Source: Gemmatimonadota bacterium (GTDB lineage: Bacteria; Gemmatimonadota; Gemmatimonadetes; Gemmatimonadales; GWC2-71-9). From it: 64,000 nucleotides of DNA. Of this stretch, positions 26,566-35,690 are shown one piece after another. The notes under the pieces were generated by a model, which saw only the letters and a program-made list of their open reading frames with translations, made no database searches and was not told the origin of the DNA. A program made the position numbers and the translations under genes. Where the stretch lies: positions 4,453 through 68,452 of the forward strand of contig JBGPOE010000010.1 in assembly GCA_041487875.1 (NCBI GenBank), written 5' to 3'. The stretch's first letter is position 1. Each line of letters begins with the position of its first letter.

Positions 26566-27397
26566 ACGGCGTCAACGCATCGCGCATCGCCCCGGCCGTC
26601 GGCCAGCGCTCGGCACGCGGCTTGGCCAGCGCTCGGTGGATCGCCGCGGCGAGCTCCTTGGGCACGTCCCGACGCAGGCGGCGCAGCTCGGGCGGTGTTT
26701 TATGCTGGTGCATGTCGATCACCGCGGCCGCGCTGGGGGAAGAAAACGGCGGCCGTCCGGCGAGGGCTTCGAACATGACGACCCCGAGTGAGTAAAGGTC
26801 CGTGCGTCCGTCGATGTCGGGATCGGCAGCGGCCTGCTCCGGGCTCATGTACTCCTCTGTGCCCACCACGAAGCCGCTGCGCGTCACGCGATCCTCACCC
26901 GACGTCGTGATGGCGCGGGCGATGCCGAAATCCACGAGCACCGCGCCTGCGGGCGAGCAAACGATGTTGTCGGGTTTGATGTCGCGGTGGGCCAGACCCT
27001 GGTCATGAGCGTAGCCCAGCGCTTCCAGCACCTCGCAGGCGATGCGCACGGCCTGCGGAACGGGCAGCTGATGGTCGCGGCGCAGCAGCTGGCGCAACGA
27101 GTCGCCCGCGACGTAGGGCATCACGAACCACAGCAGATAGTCGGTCTCGCCGCACTCCACCACTGGCACGATGCGCGGATGGTCCAGCGCGCCGGCATAG
27201 TTGATCTCGCGCAGGAACCGGTCGGCTGCGACCGAAACGGCGAGCTCGGGATGCAAGACCTTGATGGCGACTTGCTGCCCGGTGGCGTCCCGCGCCCCGA
27301 AAATGGATGCGTTCCCGCCCCTGCCCACCGCCGCGATGTCGGTGTAGCGGTCGTCCAGCGCCTGGCGAACTCGGGACAACAGGTCGCGCTGCGTCAT
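26555..27397 (-). CDS. Ser/Thr protein kinase, kinase domain only (280 aa)
   Basis: GRGGNASIF...AIKVL, HRDIKPDNIV, DFGIAR, GTEEYMSPEQ (Hanks subdomains I-VIII). Confidence 0.85.
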   Translation of the reverse strand: MTQRDLLSRVRQALDDRYTDIAAVGRGGNASIFGARDATGQQVAIKVLHPELAVSVAADRFLREINYAGALDHPRIVPVVECGETDYLLWFVMPYVAGDSLRQLLRRDHQLPVPQAVRIACEVLEALGYAHDQGLAHRDIKPDNIVCSPAGAVLVDFGIARAITTSGEDRVTRSGFVVGTEEYMSPEQAAADPDIDGRTDLYSLGVVMFEALAGRPPFSSPSAAAVIDMHQHKTPPELRRLRRDVPKELAAAIHRALAKPRAERWPTAGAMRDALTPFAG

Positions 27398-27557
27398 TGT
27401 GGTGCCCGATGATATAGGGCCTTGCTCGGACCGGGGCTAGGTTCGCCCCGGTTGAGAATGGGTTGAGCGTGTCAGCGGGCCGTCCCCGGGCGGCGCGCGG
27501 CCTCCGCGGCGCACATTGACCAGAGGTTGACGGCGCGCCGTTAACGTGTGCGCCGTC

Positions 27558-28421
27558 ATGGTGACCATCTGCACTGTCGTGGCGCCCGCCGATCGACCGC
27601 GTCTCGAAGCCGCCGGGGACGGCTGCTTTGTGGCGATGCACGCCGACTCGCTGGGGGACGTGGTGAAGGCGGCGCGGACCAAACGGGTGGATGCGCTCGT
27701 GATCTCCGTGCACCACTGTTTGCCGCGCGAGCTCCCTGCGGTGGCGCGCTTTGTCCGCGAGTTCCCGTTGATTCCCACCGTGGCACTGGTGTCGCGCCCC
27801 GACCGCGCCGCGAGCGATCTGCTGCTGCGACTGGGCGCTTCCGGCGTCCGCGCCGCCGTGGACTGCACCGAGCCGCAAGGCTGGCGCCGCCTCCGCGATC
27901 TGGTGGGCCACCCGGCTTCGCCGGTCACGGCGCGCATTCTCGCGCGCATCATCCCTGCGCTGGGAGACTGCTCCGAGGAAGCGCGGCTCTTCTTCGAAGT
28001 GGTGGCGCGTCTCGCGCCGGTGCTGCCGACGGTGCGCGCCCTGGCGCGGCACCTGCGTCAGCGGCCCAGCTCGTTGATGTCGCGCTTCGGCCGCGCCAAC
28101 CTGCCCTCCCCCAAGAGCTACCTCGCGGGCATGCGGCTGCTCCATGCGGCGTGCTTGTTCCGCAATCCCGGGCTCTCCGTCGCCGACGTCGCGTACCGCC
28201 TGGACTATTCGTCGCCCCAGAGCTTCGGGCGCCACGTGAAGGCGGCGTTGGGCGTCACCGCCGGGGAGTTCCGTCACCGCTTTCCGTTCGACGTGGCGCT
28301 GGCGCGCTACGTCGACTTGCTCGTCGCCCCGTACCGGGAGGCCCTACGGGCTTTTCACCCCCTCAATGCGGGGATCTGGGACCAAGGACCCGACGCCCGA
28401 GCGGTCTCCTGGGCGGGGTGA
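27558..28421 (+). CDS. AraC-family transcriptional regulator with degenerate receiver-like N-terminal domain
   Basis: C-terminal AraC HTH (VRALARHLRQRPSSLMSRF...VADVAYRLDYSSPQSFGRHVKAALGVTAGEFRHR). Start taken as ATG 27558; GTG 27546 is an alternative. Confidence 0.75.
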   Translation: MVTICTVVAPADRPRLEAAGDGCFVAMHADSLGDVVKAARTKRVDALVISVHHCLPRELPAVARFVREFPLIPTVALVSRPDRAASDLLLRLGASGVRAAVDCTEPQGWRRLRDLVGHPASPVTARILARIIPALGDCSEEARLFFEVVARLAPVLPTVRALARHLRQRPSSLMSRFGRANLPSPKSYLAGMRLLHAACLFRNPGLSVADVAYRLDYSSPQSFGRHVKAALGVTAGEFRHRFPFDVALARYVDLLVAPYREALRAFHPLNAGIWDQGPDARAVSWAG

Positions 28422-28427
28422 CGAGTG

Positions 28428-30158
28428 TCAGTCCGCGGCTTGCGGCTGGGAGGGCGGAGGTGCGAGCGGGAGGACGCGGTGCTCGGCGGTGCGCTGCTCG
28501 CGCCGCAGTACCGAGAAGCGCGCGATGCTGCCACGCAAGCGCTCGGCCAGCTGCGCCAGTTGTTGCGATGTGGCAGTGAGGTCGCCCATGGACGTGATTT
28601 GCGCCTGGGTAGCGCTGGCCGCGCCGGCGGCGCTTACCGCCGAGGCGCTGGAGATCGCTGCGACCTGCTGCAGCCCCTGCGCCAGGGCTGCGAGACGCTC
28701 CGCCTGGCTGCGCGACACGCCGGCCGTGGCGTTCACGAGGTCGCCCAGCAGCTGCACACCCTGCCGCAGCTCCTGCAGCGCACCATCCGCCTCCGCCGCC
28801 ACGCCGCCGATGTCGCGCACTTTTGCTTCCCCCGCTTGCATCGCCCGTCCCGCCGCGTCGATGCCGGCCCGCAGCTCGCTGACCAGCTCGGCCACGTCGC
28901 GTGCCGACTTCCCGGCCTCACCCGCCAGCGAACGCACTTCGTCCGCCACTACGGCGAAGCCCTCGCCGTGCTCGCCCGCCCGCGCCGCCTCGATTGCGGC
29001 GTTGAGGGCGAGCAGGTGCGTCTGGCGCGCGATCCGTGCGATGGTCTGCGCGAACACGCCGATCCGCTCCGACATACCGGAGAGACCTGCCACGGTCGTG
29101 GCGGTGGCGCGCACTTCTTCGCCCACGGCGCGTAGCGTGGCGCTAGCGCGCTCCACCCGCTCGCGCCCGCGCTCTGCCGCCGCCACGAGCCGCGTCGCGT
29201 CCACCTGCATCAACTCGGCGCGCACCCGCAACGACTCCGCCTGGTCCGCCGCCTTGGCGCTCTCGCCCCGTGCGGACTCCGCGAGATCGCGTTGGCCCGC
29301 GAGATCGGTGGCGAGTGCCTGTGCCGTGTGCGTCACCGCCTCCGACGTCGCGTGCAGCTCCTGGGCCGACGCAGCGAGCTGTTCGGCGAACGCCGCCACC
29401 TCGTCCGCCTCGCGCTGCACGGTCGAGATGGTTGTGCCGATCTCTTCGAGCATGCGATTGAAGCTCTTCTCCAGAAACCCCAGCTCGTCGGACACGGTGG
29501 CCGCGGCGCGGACGGCCAGGAACCCGTGCTCCGCCTCACCCATCACACCGCGCGCTTGGCGGATGCGGTCGATCAACGTCGCGGGGATGCGTTTCAGCGA
29601 CATCGCCACCAGAATGAAGACGCCGGTCTCGATCAAGGCGGTGGTCTCGATCGGGGCGCCGCCGGCATACAGCCGGTTGTGGGCGACGCATGCGCCCAGG
29701 TAGGCGAGGGACGCCATCAGCACGAGGAATTCGCCCACGCCCCGTCCCTGGTCAAAGGCGTAAGGGAGGACCGCCAAGAAGAAGGCGGCTACGAGCCCAC
29801 CGTGTCCGAACCACACGACCAGCACGGCCATGAGCAGCACATCCAGCACGGCGAACGCGTAGATCAGCCACCACCGGTACCACCCTTTTTCGCTCGCCAG
29901 GCCGAGCACGCCGTTCAGCATGAGCGCCGCCACGGCGGCGAGGGCGATGGTTTGGGAGGACGTGGGGACCGCCCCCGCCAGGCGTCCGATGAATGCGATC
30001 AGCGTGCCGGTCGCGATGATCCACCAGCGGCGGCGCAGGGCGCGGTCGAAGGTCTCCAGATCCTTGAGCCGCTGCTCCAGGCCGACGCTCTCGTCCGTCC
30101 AGCCGCGCAGCCGGTAGGCGAGGGACATGCGGTCGGGCGTGGGGCGGGGAGGGGTCAC
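28428..30158 (-). CDS. methyl-accepting chemotaxis protein with multi-TM sensor, HAMP and MCP signalling domain
   Basis: Six hydrophobic helices, HAMP ([17 protein letters not shown]) and the conserved tip [31 protein letters not shown]. Confidence 0.9.
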   Translation of the reverse strand: MTPPRPTPDRMSLAYRLRGWTDESVGLEQRLKDLETFDRALRRRWWIIATGTLIAFIGRLAGAVPTSSQTIALAAVAALMLNGVLGLASEKGWYRWWLIYAFAVLDVLLMAVLVVWFGHGGLVAAFFLAVLPYAFDQGRGVGEFLVLMASLAYLGACVAHNRLYAGGAPIETTALIETGVFILVAMSLKRIPATLIDRIRQARGVMGEAEHGFLAVRAAATVSDELGFLEKSFNRMLEEIGTTISTVQREADEVAAFAEQLAASAQELHATSEAVTHTAQALATDLAGQRDLAESARGESAKAADQAESLRVRAELMQVDATRLVAAAERGRERVERASATLRAVGEEVRATATTVAGLSGMSERIGVFAQTIARIARQTHLLALNAAIEAARAGEHGEGFAVVADEVRSLAGEAGKSARDVAELVSELRAGIDAAGRAMQAGEAKVRDIGGVAAEADGALQELRQGVQLLGDLVNATAGVSRSQAERLAALAQGLQQVAAISSASAVSAAGAASATQAQITSMGDLTATSQQLAQLAERLRGSIARFSVLRREQRTAEHRVLPLAPPPSQPQAAD

Positions 30159-30201
30159 GCGAGCATCTTACACGGCGCTGGGGTCGCGAGCCAGCGGGAT
30201 G

Positions 30202-30768
30202 TCAGGGGGTGGGCGTGAGTCCAAGCTCGGCGATGGCGACGAGCGTCTCGACGGCGTAACCCGCCTGCTCCAGCGCCGCGCGCCCGCCTTCTTCGCGGTC
30301 CACCACGGCGAGCACACCGAGCACGCGCCCGCCTTCCGCCTCGACGGCCGCGATCGCCTCGTGTGCTGAGCCGCCGGTCGTGATCACATCCTCCACCACC
30401 ACCACGCTCGCGTTCGGGGCGAAGCAGCCTTCGATCCGGCGGCCCGTGCCGTGGGTCTTGGCCTGCTTCCGGACCGTGAACGCATCGAGCGGCATCCCCT
30501 CGGCTCGGGCCGCCAGCGCGACGGCGTAGGCGACGGGGTCGGCGCCGAGTGTGAGGCCGCCAATCGCCTGGGGGTGCCAGCCGCGCGCGCGGAGCCGGGA
30601 AAGGCCCAGGGCGCCGATCAAGGCGAGGCCTTCGCCGGCCATCGTCGTACGCCGGGCGTCGATGTAGAAAGACGATCGTCGCCCGGAGGCGAGGACGAAG
30701 TCGCCGCGCGTGACGGAGCGCTCCAACAGGAGCTCGCGGAGCCGCCGATGGCGGTCATCGGGTGTCAT
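30202..30768 (-). CDS. pyrE: orotate phosphoribosyltransferase
   Basis: PRPP-binding motif VVVVEDVITTGGS; 188 aa, typical short PyrE. Confidence 0.9.
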   Translation of the reverse strand: MTPDDRHRRLRELLLERSVTRGDFVLASGRRSSFYIDARRTTMAGEGLALIGALGLSRLRARGWHPQAIGGLTLGADPVAYAVALAARAEGMPLDAFTVRKQAKTHGTGRRIEGCFAPNASVVVVEDVITTGGSAHEAIAAVEAEGGRVLGVLAVVDREEGGRAALEQAGYAVETLVAIAELGLTPTP

Positions 30769-30788
30769 AGTAGTAGCGATTGCAACTA

Positions 30789-31703
<915 letters not shown>

Positions 31704-31745
31704 CGAGGTCGCGCGAAGCTAACGCCCGGATTCGAGGTTCAGCAA

Positions 31746-33101
31746 GTGATACGACGTGCATTGACGTGCTTGGTTGCCCTCGCCGCCGCCTGTGGGCCGT
31801 GGCAGCGCGTCGGCACTACCGATCGCGCTCCCCCGCCGTCGCTCAGCGTGCAGCGGCTGTTCGATGCGACCACCGTCTATCAGGCGATGGGCTTCTTCGC
31901 CACCAGCGCCCCCTTGCCGATGGTCGCCTCGGTCCGCCACCTCGCGGGCCCGACGCCCGACAGCACGCTGATCGTGTTCGGCCTGTCACTGGCGAATCAC
32001 GCGCTGAGTTTCCACCGCGACGGCAACGAGTTCGTGGGCGAGTACCACGTCGATGTCTCGTTCCAGACGGACTCCGGCCCCGCGCGCCAGTTCGGCCGCG
32101 ATGAAACCGTGCGGGTCCACAGTTTTCAAGAGACCCTGCGCGCCGACGAGAGCGTGATCTTCCAGCAGTTCGTGCTGGTGCATCCGGGTGTGTACACGGT
32201 CAGCGTCGTGGTCCGCGACCGCAACAGCGCCGCGCTGGCGCGCCAACAGCGGCCCGACACAGTGCCCGCGTTCGCCGGTGCGGCGGTCGGCTCACCCATT
32301 CCGTTCTACCAAGGCAGCGGGCGGGACGGCGTCGCCGACCTCCCCAAGCTGCTCGTGAGTCCGCGCGCCACACTGCCCTACGGCGCGGATTCGCTGCGCT
32401 TCTACCTCGAAGCGTACGGGGCGGCCCCGCCCGTGCGGCTCGCCGTGCGCGCCGTCGACGACGGGGGCCACGACGTCTGGAGCGACACCGTGGCGCTGCG
32501 CGGCGATGCACGGCTCGCGTCGACCACACTCGTACTGCCCGCCGAGCGTTTGCCCATCGGGCAGGGGGTCCTGGAAGCGAGTGTCGTCGGGGCGGCGGCG
32601 ACGGCGCGCGCACCCTTTCTCGTCAGCTTCTCGAACCAATGGGTGGTCAACAATTTCGAGGAGATGGTAAGCCTGCTGCGGTACTTCGAGCGCCAAGACT
32701 GGGTGGCCAAGTTGCGCGCCGCGCCCGCCGAGCAGCGCCCCCAGGTGTGGCGCGATTTCTGGAAGGCGACCGACCCCGTCCCGATCACGCCCGAGAACGA
32801 GGCGCTCAACCAGTACTTCGAGCGCGTGCAGATCGCCACGCAACGCTATCGCGAAGAGGGCGCGCCCGGCTGGCTCACCGACCGGGGCGAAGTCTTCATC
32901 ACGCTGGGTGACCCCGACGACGTGTACGATCTTTCCAACGAGATGGGCCGGGGCGGCATCCGCGTGATACGCTGGACGTACACGCAACTCCGCGTCACCC
33001 TGTTCTTCGAGGATCAGTCGGGCTTCGGGCGTTACCGCCTCACACCCACGGCGCGCGCGGACTATCAGAGCGCGCTCTCCCGGGTCCGCCGAGCACAATG
33101 A
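31746..33101 (+). CDS. GWxTD-domain lipoprotein
   Basis: GTG 31746 gives VIRRALTCLVALAAAC (lipobox). C-terminal FWKATDP...GWLTDRGEVFITLGDPDDV...IRWTY is the GWxTD signature. Confidence 0.65.
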   Translation: MIRRALTCLVALAAACGPWQRVGTTDRAPPPSLSVQRLFDATTVYQAMGFFATSAPLPMVASVRHLAGPTPDSTLIVFGLSLANHALSFHRDGNEFVGEYHVDVSFQTDSGPARQFGRDETVRVHSFQETLRADESVIFQQFVLVHPGVYTVSVVVRDRNSAALARQQRPDTVPAFAGAAVGSPIPFYQGSGRDGVADLPKLLVSPRATLPYGADSLRFYLEAYGAAPPVRLAVRAVDDGGHDVWSDTVALRGDARLASTTLVLPAERLPIGQGVLEASVVGAAATARAPFLVSFSNQWVVNNFEEMVSLLRYFERQDWVAKLRAAPAEQRPQVWRDFWKATDPVPITPENEALNQYFERVQIATQRYREEGAPGWLTDRGEVFITLGDPDDVYDLSNEMGRGGIRVIRWTYTQLRVTLFFEDQSGFGRYRLTPTARADYQSALSRVRRAQ

Positions 33102-35302
33102 GGCGTGCCGTCCTCCTGCTGCTCGGCGCCGTCCGGGTCGCCGGCGCGCAGGAGTCAGGCATTGCGGCGCGCGCGGAATCACTCCGCGTCGCGGGCCGGC
33201 CGTGGCACGCGGCGGAAGTCCTGCTCGCGGCCGCCGCCCGCGAGGCACGCCCCTCGGCGCAATTCGTGGTCGAGGGCGCCAACGCGGAGTTGCGCGCCCG
33301 CCGCTACGATCGCGCCCGCGGGCTGCTTGCCGGCCAGCCGTGGCTCGAGGATTACGACAACGGCGCGGCGCTCGCGGCGCTCGCGGAAGCGGAAGCCGGG
33401 CTCGGTCTCGCGCCGCTCGCCGCCACCCACTACCAGGCGGCGCGCGCGCGCGCCACCGGGACCCGGGCGGCCCTGTTGGCGGTCCGCGCAGGGCTCGCGT
33501 TTCAAGCGGCGGGGCAGGTGGACAGCGCCGCGGTCGCCTACTCTGCGGCACGCGCGGACGGTCTGGGCGTAATCGATGCGTGGTTGCGCTTGCGCGAAGC
33601 CGCCACCACGGGCGATACCGCCCGAGCGTCGCGCCTACTGGCGGATCTGCCCGCACCCGCCGCGCGAGGCGCCGCAGCGGCGCGTGCCCACGCCCTGCTC
33701 AACGCGGCCGACACGGGCTTGGCGCTCGACGCCTTGGCCGCGGCAGGGCAGGGACTCGACGCGGCGCAGCTGGCGCTTGCCCTGGGCGACACAGCCCGCG
33801 CGCGGACGGCCGTCTACACCCTCCTCGACGCGTCTCCCGAGAGCGACGCGGCCGCGGCCGCGTCGGGGCTCGCGCTGCGCATCCTCTTGCCCCGCTCACC
33901 TGCCGAGCGCGTCGCGCTGGCCCGCACGCTCAAGGCGCACGGGGCGGCGGGCGATGCCCGGACGCTGGTCGCCCGGGCGATCGCCGACGGCGACTCCAGC
34001 GCCACCACGCTCCTCCTGTACGGCGAGCTACTCGCCGCCGCCGGCCGCTACCGCGACGCCGAGCGCGCCAACCTCGCCGCCGCCCGCGACTCCACCGTCG
34101 GCGCCCTCGCCGTGTACCGCCGTGCGCGCATTCTCGTGCGCCTCGGCGACCCCGGCGCGGCGCCGGCGCTGACGGGCTTCGCCGCCGCCTTCCCCGCCGA
34201 TACCGCCGCGCCGACCGCGCTGTACGTTCTCGCCGACTTTCTGCTCGACCGCGGCGACACGGCAGCCGCGGCGCGCTGGTTCACCGAGCTGTTTCGCCGG
34301 TACCCTTCGGATCAGCGCTCCTCGGTGGCGCGCATCCGGCTGGCGCTGCAGGCGCAGCGCGCGGGGCAGCTTGATAGCGCGGCGGCGTTGTACGGCGCGG
34401 AGGTGGCGGCGGCTGGGCCGCTGCGCCAGAGCGCACGGTTCTGGCTCGGCATGCTCGCCCGCGCGCGCGGCGACGCGACCGGCGCCCAAGCCACCTGGCT
34501 GGCGCTGGCGCGGGAGGATTCCATCGGCTACTACGGCCTGCGTGCCCGCCGCGAGGTGGGGCTCCCACCGCTCGCGTTCCGCGCCGCGGCGGTGCCCCCG
34601 GCGTCGCCCGCGGTGGCCGCGGCGCTGGGCCGCATCGACACGTTGATCCTCGCGGGGCTCGACTCGGCGGCGGACGATGAGGTGCGCGCGGTGCTGGCCC
34701 ACCCGCCGCAGGAGCTCGATGCGCTGCTTGCCTGGAGCGTGGGTCTCGCGGCGCGCGGCTTCGGGCCCAGCGCGGTGCGCTTGGGCTGGCAGGCGGCGCT
34801 GCGCTCGCCCAACGATCCGCGCGTGCTGCGTGCCATCTTCCCCTGGCCCAATCGTGGCGCGCTCGAGGCGGAGGCGCAGGAGTTCGGCGTGGACCCGTAC
34901 TTGCTGGCGGCGCTGGTGCGCCAGGAGAGCGTATTTGACGTGGAGGCGTTATCGCGCGCCGGTGCGCGTGGCTTGGCACAACTGCTCCCTGGAACGGCCG
35001 CCCTCACCGCGCGCGATTTGGACGTCACGTTCGACCCCGGCTGGATCACGCTGCCCGACTACAACCTGCACCTGGGAGCCGCGCACCTCGCGGAGCTGCT
35101 GCGCCGGTTCAGCGGCCGCGTGGAGGTGGCGGCTGCCGCATACAACGCGGGCGCCGCCCCAGTGGGCCGCTGGCTGACACGCCCGGGCGCCGACGATCCC
35201 GACCAGTTTCTCGAGCTCGTGCCGTACCCGGAAACACGCGGCTACATTCGCGCCGTGTTGCGCAACCGCGAGCTGTATCGCGCGCTATACGCCGCGGAGT
35301 AG
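33098..35302 (+). CDS. soluble lytic murein transglycosylase (Slt70-like: superhelical repeat domain plus SLT domain)
   Basis: C-terminal SLT motifs ALVRQESVFDVEALSRAGARGLAQLLPGTA and AAYNAGAAPVGRW. The ATG overlaps the upstream stop (ATGA). Confidence 0.8.
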   Translation: MRRAVLLLLGAVRVAGAQESGIAARAESLRVAGRPWHAAEVLLAAAAREARPSAQFVVEGANAELRARRYDRARGLLAGQPWLEDYDNGAALAALAEAEAGLGLAPLAATHYQAARARATGTRAALLAVRAGLAFQAAGQVDSAAVAYSAARADGLGVIDAWLRLREAATTGDTARASRLLADLPAPAARGAAAARAHALLNAADTGLALDALAAAGQGLDAAQLALALGDTARARTAVYTLLDASPESDAAAAASGLALRILLPRSPAERVALARTLKAHGAAGDARTLVARAIADGDSSATTLLLYGELLAAAGRYRDAERANLAAARDSTVGALAVYRRARILVRLGDPGAAPALTGFAAAFPADTAAPTALYVLADFLLDRGDTAAAARWFTELFRRYPSDQRSSVARIRLALQAQRAGQLDSAAALYGAEVAAAGPLRQSARFWLGMLARARGDATGAQATWLALAREDSIGYYGLRARREVGLPPLAFRAAAVPPASPAVAAALGRIDTLILAGLDSAADDEVRAVLAHPPQELDALLAWSVGLAARGFGPSAVRLGWQAALRSPNDPRVLRAIFPWPNRGALEAEAQEFGVDPYLLAALVRQESVFDVEALSRAGARGLAQLLPGTAALTARDLDVTFDPGWITLPDYNLHLGAAHLAELLRRFSGRVEVAAAAYNAGAAPVGRWLTRPGADDPDQFLELVPYPETRGYIRAVLRNRELYRALYAAE

Positions 35303-35414
35303 CGGTCCCTCCATCGCTTGACAGCGGCCCGCGCGGATGAAGGTTGAAGGCGCCCGGCACGGCTGCCGGGCGGACTCGTGCCGTGACCCGGAACCTCGCA
35401 GGGAGGCAGCACGC

Positions 35415-35615
35415 ATGGCTAAGGGAAAAGTGAAGTGGTTCAATGACGCCAAGGGGTACGGCTTCATTGAACAAGAGGAGGGCGAGGATGTGTTCGTCCA
35501 CTTCTCGCAGATTCAGATGGACGGGTTCAAGACGCTCGCGGAAGGACAGGCGGTGCAGTTCGAGGTGCAATCCGGCGACAAGGGACTGCACGCCACCAAC
35601 GTCGTTCGCGCCTAA
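35415..35615 (+). CDS. cspA: cold-shock protein, CspA family
   Basis: [31 protein letters not shown] contains the RNP1/RNP2 motifs; 66 aa. Confidence 0.95.
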   Translation: MAKGKVKWFNDAKGYGFIEQEEGEDVFVHFSQIQMDGFKTLAEGQAVQFEVQSGDKGLHATNVVRA

Positions 35616-35638
35616 CCGCGCGCGCTCGCCGCAGTCCG

Positions 35639-35667
35639 CCCCGCCCGGCGCCGCCGGGCGGGGTTTT
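35639..35667 (+). terminator. intrinsic terminator downstream of cspA
   Basis: Perfect 10-bp stem CCCCGCCCGG / CCGGGCGGGG (35639-35648 / 35654-35663) followed by TTTT (35664-35667). Confidence 0.8.
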
Positions 35668-35690
35668 CCTTCCCTTCTATATATTCCGCC

